Shown: positions 25,969 to 38,129 of the stretch, in pieces | How positions within the stretch are numbered: position 1 is the first letter of the stretch | How the letters are laid out: each line of letters begins with the position of its first letter | NCBI GenBank assembly: GCA_046563655.1 | Contig: CM102288.1 | Span: 4,960,001-5,024,000, forward strand | DNA length: 64,000 bases | Source: Yuukianura sp. NJ FZ-2021 | Taxonomy: Eukaryota | Direction of reading: 5' to 3' | Notes under the pieces: model-generated | Told to the model about the DNA's origin: nothing | Databases searched by the model: none | The model's input: only the letters and a program-made list of their open reading frames with translations | Translations under genes and position numbers: made by a program

Positions 25969-27599
25969 ATGCCGGCAGTTGGACAACCTTCGCTTCCAGT
26001 TTCGGATGAAGAGGCATCGCGCGGGTTGCTGCGTCCTGGCCCAAGGCGAGTCGTACCAGCACATCACCGGAATACTTGGGCCGCACAACCGCAGTTCTTC
26101 AACAAAAATTCCTATAATATTTGCATGGACTTTGCAATTCTGGTGTTGACCTTCTGCGAGATCGCGCTAGTTCTGTATCTGTCCATTCATCACTTCCTGG
26201 ATGCGGCTAACAAAGACGTGGAAGCAATGGCCATGCTTCTCCCAATTGCTCTCAATGGTAAACTCATCATAAAATGGTTTTAAATCATAAAATGGTTTTC
26301 AAGTTATTTCAAAGCTACTCATTTCTTTTTTGTACAGGTCTCGGCGTCCTTTACTTCTTATCCAAGTAATATCATCAACACTACTTCGAAATCAAATGCT
26401 GCTAGCCTTATTCCAGCATCTACAGCGTCAATTTCTTTGTTTTATTTCAGGTACGAGGAAAGGGCTCAATTCGAGAGCATCGGATGTACGAGATGCTGCA
26501 CTGACATTCTGCAATTCCCTATCATTGGACCAGTCCTTACGCAAGTTTAATACAATCACATCATTAGTCTTTAAAAAAATCAATTCTTAACAACAATTTC
26601 TTGTTGCGGTTTTCAGCGCTTTTACAATTTTTCTGATTTCGTGCGGATGGGCTCATAGCATGGAAAACTATGAGAGATTGGAAGCCTCTGCAGCGAAATG
26701 CCGCCTTTACACCACATTCTTCTCTGCTGCGCCTGAAGCTGTAGTACAGTTGACTGTTTTGCTCGTCAGTGAAGCGGAACACCTAAACATCGACAGTAAT
26801 TGTTTACAATAATCCTATAAAACTTAAGTTTCAGTTTTTAACATAATTGTGACCCCTTGTTCAGAGTATTTTGAAATTGTCGTGGTCATCGTCGCTGTCG
26901 TAGCTCTAGCAGAAGCCAACACATTCAGGTCTCTCAAAATAGTATCCACTTTTTTAAGATTGGGTGATGAAATTATAATGTGTGAATTGTTTAATTTGTA
27001 GTCTAATTACCAACTACTTTCGAATTTTCCACAAGTACGAACCGAAGGATTGGCACGTTCCTCATAAAGCCAAATTCTGGCAGAAGCTCCTTCTGTTCCT
27101 TCACTCGTTTACATCCATTGGAAGCAGAGTGCTTGCGACAGCGTTCGTGAAGGCTGCAATTTTCTATTACTCCGGTGCCAGTATGTTCGCCATCGTCCTA
27201 CTCGTGTCCTTGTTACTGGAAATGGCGTATCGAACAATCGTCTACTACTTGGCTCGCTGTCTCAAGTACTTATGCCTAGGGGAAGAAGTGCCAAGTGGAT
27301 GCTACGAATCTATGAACTATGCCTGGAGGGAGACCATTCTCAGTGTCGGATTCCAGAGCCAGAATGTACTTGTCCAGGCCTGGTTCTACACCGAGAGCAT
27401 CGCATTCTTCATCTTCTGGGTATTTGCGGTGGAGGGGCCTGCAAGGGAGAGTGCTGACTTGCGATGGGTGAGACAAATGGTGTTCATCCCAATCTCTGTC
27501 GTCTTCGTGTCACTCATTGTACTCTCATTCATTCTTCTCGTCGTCATCCATTGTACCAAACTCTTCGTTCTTCGTGGCCCATTCTACAAAAGAGCCTAA
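25969..27599 (+). CDS. XK-related (Xkr) multi-pass membrane protein, multi-exon
   Basis: Spliced FFSAAPEAVVQLTVLL and SIGSRVLATAF resemble XK-family motifs (ESAPQLxLQ, SRVLALALF); many TM segments; start uncertain. Confidence 0.6.
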
Positions 27600-27814
27600 A
27601 AGCTAACAAACCGCGGCGGGAATAAGCAAAAGTTATTAATGCCGCACAATGTAGCCACTGCGGCCATCTTTTGTTGCTGCAACACGCGACTAAGATTGAG
27701 GTTCAAGTATTGTATCGGCTTTAATGAACTTACTTTTAATATAAAGAAATTATTAGTGTTTCCTAATACATAATTATTATAATAATAATTAATAATCAAA
27801 TCACATTAAAATCG

Positions 27815-28095
27815 TCGAACAGACAGACAGGTAGACATGTCTGTCTGTCCGTTTAAGTAGCGAAGGATGAGCTACTTTATGTTTTCCCCGAGTCTGTCTG
27901 TCTGTCTGTCTAGAAGTGATAGGGTTCTCCCGTACACCCATGCCAATACCAAAACTTTGAATACTAGATAGTTCGACGACATGAACTTACAACTATTTAT
28001 GTCCCTTTCGCTATTTCCATACGGCGTTTACAACGGTTTATAGCAATCTTGAAGAGCGGGGATTTTGGAACTAATCGCGGGGAAAAGTGGGGTTT
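27815..28095. mobile_element. Possible Helentron-associated (HINE/DINE-1-like) element fragment
   Basis: (GTCT)n microsatellite at ~27892-27910, acagacagacag/tgtctgtctgt hairpin, short inverted pair ttttccccg (27882) / cggggaaaa (28078). Confidence 0.35.
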
Positions 28096-28504
28096 ATGGT
28101 GGAACAAAGTATGCTAAAAATATTTAGGTTTCTGTTGTAAATTGTAATCTTTTATGAGTTTCATATTGCAAAAGCTGATAGTAGGCCGTTTGTGATAATG
28201 AATTCATTTGTAATGCAATGAGAAGGTAATGTCGTAAAACCTTGTATGAGTCACAGGAAATGAGTTACGTCGTATTCTGCAGTGGTTTTGCCTTTTGTGA
28301 ATTTTCCCATCACAAGCTGTTTAGTGACGCAGATTAGCATAATTTTTGTCATGAGCAATTGAGAAAACTTTGGAGTTGTCTTGAAGTCGTCTGGTGTAGG
28401 CGTTCGTTCTTAAAAACTTTGGTTCTGAAAGCCAACCGTGAATTATTGTTGCATTAATCGATTGACCTGTTCACGAACAAATTAATCAAGATTTTACATT
28501 GACC

Positions 28505-29391
28505 ATGGCTGGAAACATTGGATTTGTGTTTGACCAACCAGTGACACCCATGTACCCTTACCCACCACAGCAGCCATTCCCAAACTGTCAACATCAACAA
28601 AGTCCAACATGGCACGAGCCACCTTTCCCACCACCGTTGCCACCATTCGACCAAGGACACACGCATTGGCACAACCAAGGTCCACCATATCAACCCAATG
28701 GAGATCAAGTAATCATTTATCCTTTGCTGGATAATTATAATAAGCTTCGATTTATATTTTATATGAGTAGTATAACTAATTTAAATAATTTGATTTCTGC
28801 GTAAGATTTCTTTACATAAAGAAAGTTGTAGTTTTGAAAACTGAAATTAATTCAAGAATTATAAAAATTAATATGAACAATTACAATTTTAAAGATGAAA
28901 TTTTATGGAGCTGGGCCTGCTGCATATCCTGAACAGAATCAGATAGTTCCTTACCACAACTATAACTCTGCAGAGGTTTGTAAATCTATAATATATTTCT
29001 TATGCAATTCTACACTATCTTGACATATAATAGTTTTAAAAAAATTAGCAGATGGCAACGTCACAAGTAGATTCTTATGGCGCTGGCCACGGGCAGCATG
29101 GCAGCGGACACGGAATTCCTGGCGGGAAGCTTGGCGTTTTAGGCGGAGCAGCAGTTGCTGGAGCAGGAACGGCATTGGCGGTACAAATTTCAATTCAGAT
29201 AAATAGCTGGATTTTAGCGGAAACAAACACGTTGAATGAATTTAACTATGACATGTTTTTAATTAAAGATCCAACTACTTCCAAAGAAACTAAAGAAAAA
29301 CAAATTGGTCAAATACGGGCTTCCGCTCGCAGGTGCTGGAGCTGCTGGATACAAATTGAACCAAATGAACAACCAAGGCGGGAAATATTAA
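28505..29391 (+). CDS. Uncharacterised ~178-aa protein with a Pro/Gln/His-rich N-terminus and glycine-zipper-like C-terminus (exons 28505-28708, 28895-28975, 29052-29180, 29269-29391)
   Basis: Four phase-0 GT-AG joined exons give one open frame; GGKLGVLGGAAVAGAGTALA-IQLLPKKLKKNKLVKYGLPLAGAGAAGY. Confidence 0.65.
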
Positions 29392-29996
29392 TTTTGTTCA
29401 CAACTTTACCGTTAATATAAGCCTATAGCATATAATTCAACTTATTGTAGTATTTTACCTTCTAATTAAAATGACCATTCAATTTAACTAAAAACGACTA
29501 GGATTTGTCCATGCTTGATTTTTTCAGTTCCGTGGGAATCGTTTAGCCATCATCTTATTCATCCTTCTTTGTCTGTCTGTCCGTCTGTCGCTCCCGCTCA
29601 AGTTTATCTCAAAAAATACTGGATCTACTAATTAGTTCGAGCTAACCGGCTCTCAGCGGTTACGTGTCCTTCAAAGTCATTCGATTATCTTGTCAAAGTG
29701 TCTATTACAAAATAATTAGTGGAGCAGAACTTAACTATTATTGCTATTGTTGCGTGATTGCAGCAGTAGCTATGGCTGAAGTAGTGAAAATAGGCAAAGA
29801 AAGACAAAAATTGTTTGATTGTATTGTTTCCAAATTACATTGGTCATTAATTCCTTCCGTTGATCACCACATTTGCTCTAATTATTATCATCCTGCATAT
29901 TCTTCAACGTATTTAAGAAATAAGTTTTGTAAAAAAAACGGCTTTGTTTGTGGTGTAGTTGAAAAAAAACATTATTTTTGGAAGCAAACAACTAAA

Positions 29997-31994
29997 ATGT
30001 TGGCTGTATTTTTACCGCTGATTATAGGCGTAGTAATGTAAGAAACACTTCAGTTTTGAAAATTTTTACTTTCCTTAATTACTCCAACAAAATAAGAAAT
30101 ATGTTAATATATTGCAATTTGAAAATTACATAGTTTTAGGGAGGCAAATGCAGCGGATCCACCTAATGTGTACAGATCATACCAGACAACAATTTACTGC
30201 AATGCATCTCTTCCAGTCCAAACTCCAGCGGATGTTGGCGAACTGCAACAAATTGTTCAACAGGCAATTGCCAACGGTCAAACAGTCAAAGCATTTGGAC
30301 CAAAACATTCCATTACTGATGTCATTTGTACTTATGGGGTTCCCATTTCTATGCTCAACATTGACTACGCACGCGTCAATTCCGACGGCACCGCAACTTT
30401 TGGAGCTGGAATCACACTGTCAAATGCGATGCAGTTTCTTGAGGCTCAAAACTTGTCCCTTATACTAGTTCCAACGTTCGGTAAAGAAAAACTTGTTCGG
30501 AATTAGAAATTTTAATGTTTGCACAGTTTTTTGAATTTTTCATGACTTTAAAATGTTAACTTTCAAAGGTGGAATTTCTATTGGCGGAGCCATTGGGACT
30601 GGGGCGCATGGCTCGTCTCTGCGTCATCCTTCATCCCTGTCGGACCAAATCATGCGCATGAGCGTAATTATCGGAAACGGCTCATTGGTTGAAATAGCCG
30701 GCTCGGAACTCGATCTGTTCCGAGTACATCTCGGTCTCCTTGGAATAGTCGTTGATGTCACCTTTAAAACTGTCCCGTTGTTTAAAATGACTGTTCAAAA
30801 CGTACTGATGAATGACTCTTTGTTATTTGACGGATCCATTCCTACTACTGCTGAGCAGTACGATTTCTACCAACTCTGGTGGTTTCCACAATCAAACGGC
30901 ATTGTCGTAGGAACTGGAAATTATACTTCCACAGAAACCCCGGGAAACGCCTACTCAAATTTCATTCCACAGGAAAATCGTTTAACAATCGGCATCGGAA
31001 GTGGTGCATTTGAAAAGATGCAAAAGGAACGTGCCACGGATGCGCTTGTAGGGTTTTCGGCTATGACCGAATTGTCGCTATTTAAAAGAGTTTTTGGAAA
31101 ACCGCCAATTTTTTCTGACAATAACAAACTCGCTAACCCTGCTACCGGTTATGCTTGGCGTCTTCAGTCAAATCTTTGTGAGGAAAAACTGTGGACAAGT
31201 TGCAGTTGGCAAAACGGAGACGATTCGGTATTTCCCGAAGAGAGTTCGGTGGCATTCGACATTTCAGAATTTACCGGCGTTATGACTATGATCAGAAACA
31301 TTGTAAAGGAGTACCCCGCTGCGTTTGCGCTTGTTGGACTGTACATTCGTTTTGCGCCTGCGTCACCTGCCACAATGGCGATTTCCACTGGCAGAACAAC
31401 TTTTACAGTAGAATGGGCGACGCCCATGCGCAAGGATCCATTCAACTCTCCCAAAGATGGCATTGCTACATACCAGGCTATTTTACAAGAAATGGTTGTT
31501 AAAAAAATTATATAAATTTCTGCTTTTTTACAAAATTTTAAGCATTCTGTATTAATTTTTAGGTGACCAATTATGGTGGTAGACCGCATTGGGGCAAAAA
31601 TGGGCTTCACTTTTTATCGGAATCTGTGATTTCCATGGCAGTCCCGAATAGGCAGAAATTCATTTCCGCTATGAAAACGTACGATCCAAATGGAGTTTTT
31701 TCGAATGCCTTTGGACAGCGTATGCTTGGAGTTTCTGATGTCCAGGACAAAGACCCTCAAGCGACGCGTTGCGCATTACAAGATTACTGTGTCTGCGCAT
31801 CCAACGCTGACTGTGGACCGTATCAAATCTGTGGGGAAATTAATGGTTTCCCAGTTTGCAAAGATGATACTAGTTTGACTGAAGGCATTTTCATTGTAAA
31901 ACCAAATTACGTGTTTCCAAACCTGGATAACTACACGGAAATGCTGGACATTGTTATGTCTTCGCCTTCGGCTACGTTTTCTATCCTATTTTGA
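29997..31994 (+). CDS. Secreted FAD-linked oxidase, plant-type L-gulonolactone oxidase (GULLO)-like, copy 1 (4 exons)
   Basis: Signal peptide MLAVFLPLIIGVVIFREANA; KHSITDVIC FAD-His region; GGAIGTGAHGSSL; LGLLGIVVDVTF; GGRPHWGKN; YDPNGVFSN; Cys-rich tail RCALQDYCVCASNADC. Confidence 0.85.
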
Positions 31995-32303
31995 AATTCT
32001 GAATTACAAATTCTTAATCACTGGGACGGGATTGAAAAGTTCTTTGAAATAAAATTGAATGAACGACTCTACGTTTTAAATAGTTTTCCTAAAATCGAAG
32101 TAAAAAATATGGAGTAAAAAATAGTTTTAAGATTGCGTAGAGTAAAATTCTATCTAAATTCAATTTTATTTTTTCTAGGTTTCATTTTTTCAATTCAACA
32201 ACATTTTTTTAGTTCTGAATTTATTTGCGTCGTTTTCCAACCTGCGACCGTCTTGTTGTTAAAGCGTTGTTAAACTATGTTATATCCTTTCTTTTTCTAC
32301 TAA

Positions 32304-33845
32304 TTACTTGTACATGAGCAACATATTCATCGTCAATTGCAAGCTGTTGTGTATAGTTGAAATTACAATTGAATTTTGAAAGGTGTACAGAGACCCTGCT
32401 GTACAGACTATGACTGGGCATGAGCGTCGAAATGCTCTGAGCCACTTGGATTGTTGCGGCGTAATGTCTATTCCGAGATAAACATTGCAGTTCATATCTT
32501 CCAAGATAGCCGTGCTATCTTCCTGTACTTTTCCTGCAAGCACCAATGGCGCAATTGCTTCCGACAGGCACCGGAAGTAGCAAGCAATAAAGATCAGGTA
32601 CGCATGAACCGGGATCCAATACAACTTGATAATTGCAAACAGCAGAATTGAAATGAGTCCAAGCAGAAACATTGGGTTCCAGGATAAGTAGAAGACGAAA
32701 CTTTCCCTCAACAAATTCATTGTTCTTTGACATGTTCTGTAGTGTGTAAAAGTGGCCATAAGACCGTCGATATCCTTGATTCCCATTTGGTTTCTGCCGG
32801 TACGCCCCACCCGGGCATCTTTCAACTCCCGTCGCACCCAAGCCAGTCCCAGGAAAACCGAAATGGAGTTGAACGCCATCTGAAACAGCATCACAGTGAC
32901 GCTGTACGTTTCCAGCAGGAGGTACGGCAATTTCCGGCTCCAGGGCTCTACGTCATCACCCGGGTTGACACAAGCAAAAATTAAACTTGACCAAAAGTTC
33001 GGCGTGCATGGAATTTCAATTAACCCGACACCGTGAGCTAATAAAAAAAAGTATTGAAATTTTTTTTAGGTTTCGTACAATTCTTGGTTTTTGAATAGCA
33101 CTACCTTTCTGCGCAAACGATGTGGAAAAAAGTTTTTTTAAATGCTGAAAATTTTGAGAAAAAAAATTACCGGGCCCGTTGATGGCGATGATGAAACCAG
33201 TGAAAATTGTACACGCAGAAACAAAGTCAGTCTTTGTCTGTTCACCTGAAAGTAAAATTTGATGTACAATCAAAATATGTATACTTTAAGAAAAGAAAAA
33301 ATAAACATTTCCTAAATATGCCACTTAAACACTTTAAATTAAAATTGGTCTTCACAAAACCTGAGATGTAACTCCGTTTCCTAACAAATTATTTGGCTAT
33401 TTGGCAGAAATAGGATAGTTTTATTAGATTAATCGTTTACTTTTTTTCATTCCGAATTTTTTTTTCCAAAACCGAAATTCTCACCTCTGTGTTTAATGAC
33501 GTAAGCCCAGAATGAATTGACAAACTTCTTGATTTGGGTTCCAGTCAGTTGGAATTGAATGAAGCAAGTAGCATTGAGAAGATGAGCTAAAATCCAAACG
33601 CCATGAATTACTTTTTGCCGTTCCGGAATTTCCTCCCAGTTGGAGGCAGTAGCAAATCGGAAAATAGTGAAGACTGTAATGATGTGTTGAAATATTCGAT
33701 GAATGTCGTAAAGGAAAATGTGGAACCGTGATGCCTGTCGAAGCTCAAACCGAATTGGATCCCATTTGTACGGGTAGATTCGGAGGACATTGCACCCTGC
33801 GTGCAATACAAAACTCATGGAACGAATTGCTCGTTCTGTTAGCAT
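32304..33845 (-). CDS. Divergent 7TM chemoreceptor (gustatory-receptor-like), copy 1 (3 exons)
   Basis: About 400 aa after splicing, multiple TM helices, N-terminal YPYKWD and C-terminal RSCPVIVCTAGSLYTF...QLTMNMLL in the GR/OR-superfamily layout. Confidence 0.6.
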
Positions 33846-34329
33846 GATTATTTGTTGGAAACTATGCGCAACTTCTTGCGGAAAAATTCTTTTTATATAC
33901 GCCCGAACTTTTTATTTCGTGACAGCAAAAATTAGAGAAAATTAATAAAAATTGGCTTGGATATCTTTACATCGAATCACTAATTTTCTAGGAAAAGAAA
34001 AATTTTCACCAAAGTTATTTCCGTGCAATTATGGTTATTACGAAGAAATTTAAATTATTTAGTGGCAGTGGAAACGAAGAATAAATAATTGTTAATTAGT
34101 TATAAACAGAGATGTCAAAAATATGTGCTAAAACCCCCGAAATATGGACAAAAAAATATGTTTTTTAAAAATCGCCCAAATATTTACTTATTTAACATGA
34201 AGGGCATGGGCAAATAAATATATATTTAGAAACAAAAACCCCCCAAATATTTTTTTTAACATTACGGGCATGGAGACTAAATATCTTTGACATCTCTGGT
34301 TATAAAGTAACAGCAAAAGTTCCAGAAAT

Positions 34330-35450
34330 CGCACTAATTCCTGCTGAATTTTGTACAAGAAAATTGTCAGCCCACAAAGCATCTGATTTACAGCGATAGC
34401 TTACCAAAACACGACTAAACGCCGGACATTTTGATAACTCAATATTTTTACTATTACTACGAAGCGGATGACAGGACAAACTGACAAGGACAAGCTGGAC
34501 AACTGACGGACGAGAGAGTGGTGAAAACAAAGAACGAAACCGAATTCGTTCAAATTTTGAAAATTTAATATTTTGATCATTCCCACTAGAATCACAACTC
34601 GCCCCACCTCACATTTTTACGTAGTCTGTGAACAGTAACATGTAACCACGAAAATCATGAACTCTGACCCAATCTTCCGGTACACTTCTTGAAGAATTGG
34701 TACGACGCTCAGAAAACTACAGCCAGCTTTTCATTCCTTTTATTAACACATGCTGCTGTAACAGCGGGCAGTTTTTTTTAAAACAAATTCTCAAATGCTT
34801 TGCCATAGAAGGCAAAGTAAGAACAAATCCGATGATAATAGAAGAATTGAAATCCTACGTGAACGTGTACGTTTAGTCTGATTTTTGGTTTCCCGCGCAA
34901 ATTTTTCTCTAGGGGGCAAAGTTTTTCGAACTTTCACCATACGTGAACTTGTAAGTTTGATAAGTTTGAACGTACAAACTCATGATTCCAAGTTCAGTCG
35001 TACGTTTGGTTGCTCTCTTCAGTTTTTTTCCCAAATCCGTTCACCAATTAACTCTTAGAAGTTTGTTTTTTAGTGGTAATTAACCAGTTAGTGGAGTTTT
35101 CAGTGCCTTACGTCAAAATGAAACACGATTTGACTTTAATTCAAATCCCAAGTACGATATTGAACTTCTAATTGAAACGGAGGGTCTTAATCCTTTTTCT
35201 GCTGCTACGGAAAAGCTTAGGAAGGAAGTAGCCAAGAATCTGAATTCCGAATTCAAAATGGATGTTACCGGTCGCATATATGAAACAAAACCTTCCAGAA
35301 ATACTCTGATTTCTGGGGGAAACTTTAAGTTTTGGTGAAAAAGCTGCCCGCTGCGTTAGTTAGCAGCGCCCGCTAATGCGAAAAATGTGGCTGTAGTTTT
35401 ATAAGCATCGTACCCATCTTTCGTGAAGTGCCCCCAAAGCCTAATCGAAA
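34330..35450. mobile_element. Dispersed repeat with internal inverted arms; copies also at ~45190-45865 and, reversed, ~50950-51500
   Basis: Shared attggtacgacgctcagaaaactac, gctaatgcgaaaa.tgtgg..gtagtttt and ccttccagaaat blocks at three loci; boundaries approximate. Confidence 0.6.
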
Positions 35451-35455
35451 AATTC

Positions 35456-35863
35456 CAGTCTTGTACTGTCTTCCGTTTTTCCGAAGAGAAACTGCTGATT
35501 CGTCTTCCAGTCTTACGTTTTCCAGAGATTGTTTTGTCTTCCGGTCTTCCGTCTTCCAGAGCATTTTTCGTCTTCCGTTCTTGCGGCTTCCGTCTTCCAG
35601 CGAATTTTTTGTCTTCCGTCTTCCAGAGAATTTTTCGTCTTCCAGTCTTCCGGAGGGTGTTTTGTCATAGTCTTCCGACTTCCATAGGCTGTTTTGCCTT
35701 CCGTCTTCCAGAGAATTTCTCGTCTTCCGGTCTTCCGTCTTCCAGGGAATTTTTTGTCTTCTGGCCTTCCGTCTTCCAGAGAATTTTTCGTCTTCCAGCT
35801 TTCCGTCTTCAAATCTTCCGGAAGTCGGAAGACGTCTTCCATCCGGAAGACAGTACATCACTG
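35456..35863. repeat. Array of CGTCTTCC-based short repeats bounded by inverted termini (MITE-like); second copy ~45867-46294
   Basis: cagtcttgtactgtcttccg ... cggaagacagtacatcactg; dense (cg)tcttcc units between. Confidence 0.75.
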
Positions 35864-36310
35864 CCAGTGATGCACTTTTTAACAACCAACGAAAAATAGA
35901 AATTAAAATGAAAAACTTACACGTTTTTAATTTGAATTGCGTCCTTGGTGGAAACGCGACCTTCAAGAATTTAGAAGTGAACTGATTTTTTACGATATAA
36001 TTTTCCTCGTTATCGGTTTGCCACTGTTTGACCAAAATACACTGCAGAACAATAACTCCAATTAATTGCAACCTTTTTTTGGCGACAGCTGGATAAAACT
36101 GCAGGGTTTAACCATTGTTTAACCAAATTATACTACAGAAAGTAAATTATAGAAAACCATAAATACCAATTCGAGAACAAAGGTCAATGGAATTGCATTT
36201 TTTTTATACTTTTTTTTTTTTGAAAACTACAGTCTACTAAACGGTGAATTTATATCTTTGGGAAATCCAAGAATCCGGATGAGGTGAAAGGCAGGCCGGT
36301 TGTGTTCAAT

Positions 36311-37886
36311 TTAGCACTTGTTTTGACGGTATTTCACGGTTTTCAAAACCAGCGGTGCATCTTTGCCTGGCATCTTTGTAACATCGAATCCCAAGCGTTT
36401 AAAGTGTTTCAACATCTTCTTTTTGAATTTCTCATCATCCGACTTGTCCTCGTTGGAGGCAACCCAGAAGAATTGGTCATACCCAAATACGCACATGACT
36501 CCAGCAATGTACGTCTTGTTATCCGTCTTCGTCACAACAAAGTCACCACCAACTGCAAGCATGCACAATTTGTTTTATTATTCTGGCGATGCATATCTAT
36601 GTCAGATTGGGACTAACAAGAGGTGTCAAATTCCACCTTAAATGTGTATTAAATCAACAGCGCATGGCAGGTTCAAGTTTGCATTTCCAGGACGTTTTTA
36701 TAATTTCGATTTTAAACAAGCGATACGCCCTTCACGTTCAATTTTGTGCATGGCACATTACTTATCAGTAGTTGCACATAGATGTCGAATTTTGAAGCTG
36801 GGTAAATGATATTGTTATGTGACTGCAATTTCTGCATTTGTAAAGAACTGCACATGTATCCTAAAAATGGTGGACTACTTGGAAACAAATTGAGGGGTTT
36901 AGACAAAGAAGTGCAATATTGTTGCTAGGAGAAATTGAATTAGAAATGTATGTAAAAGAGATTGAAATAACAAATCGAAGTAAATTGTCTTCTTATACTA
37001 ACGCGAAATAGGCCTCTCTTCGTCTAAACCTTTCAATTGAGCATACTTGAAAACGTAATAATTTTGAGGCGAGTGCAAAGCGTTCAGAACTCAATTTGAA
37101 CAACATTTTGGTTTAAACCTTTTAACATTTTCGTTACTGAACATTTTACCACTTTTTTCGTTACTGAACATATGCGTGACCAAAAACGCGCATATCTCCG
37201 CACTGAAAATTAAAGGTGCATGTGAAATTGAAATTTTGGTGCATGGTTCTTCAGAAAACCGTTTTTCACCGTTTTTGTTTTGCGGTTTGCCGCCGGCCGG
37301 TCTAAACGTAATATCAATTGTCATCTTCCCCAGAACACCATCGCAGAACAGCGCTCAACCCTTTTGAGATTATCGTAAGGTTGATCTTATAGAAATTACA
37401 GTATAATAATAATAATAATCACAAAGAGAAATATCATTTCCTTACATGGTCTGTTGCCTGAATTCCCTGGAAGGAGTACACATCCTCCTTGACCACTCGG
37501 GGAGTAAGTACATTCCCAGTCAGCAGAAAATGACTTCCCGTTCATGTCACCACCTAGCTCGTAGCACACCGTCTTTGGAACCGTTCGACCTTGAAATGGT
37601 CTCCATTTTTCATCCCCATCCTCGCAGTTGGTGCAGTCAGAGTGAAATACAAAGTGAAGTTTTCCTTGTCGAACCTACAAAAAATATTAGAAATCCAAAT
37701 TTTTGTATATTTTCTTTTAAAACTTTCGAGTACTGAAAATTTACAATTTGGAAAGGAAAAGATTTATAAACTTCTTACAAACTCGTCTGCGAAAGCAGCC
37801 TGTTTCTTGATTTTCAAACATTCCTTCATTCCGTCACTCCATGGCAATACGACGCATAACAGGCCCAGCGTAATTGCGAACTTCAT
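36311..37886 (-). CDS. Secreted Cys-rich lipocalin-like protein, copy 1 (3 exons, ~190 aa)
   Basis: MKFAITLGLLCVVLPWSDG signal peptide; in-frame GT-AG splicing; VTKTDNKTYIAGVMCVFGYDQFFWVAS...LKHFKRLGFD lipocalin-like C-terminal half. Confidence 0.65.
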
Positions 37887-38129
37887 TGTTCAATCGGTTC
37901 GTTCCAAGCTGTATGCTTCTTTGCAAGCTCCCTTGCAAAGAAATAAATAAGACTGATGCTGAATTGCATATTCAAGAGCGTTTATAAAGCTGTTCAAACA
38001 ATAGCAACACAATAGAAGCGAATTTACACAAGGCTAAATTTATCGTGTTTGAAATTGTCGGCAAGGTTAAGCAATAAACAATTGAAATTAGTCCGTTTGT
38101 TCAAATATGCCGCCGTATTGTAGTAACGG

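Noticed and set aside
35373..36071. EDGR/WKTE-repeat ORFs (also 45767-46420)
   Set aside because: Translations of the CGTCTTCC repeat array; open in many frames and not frame-conserved between the two copies
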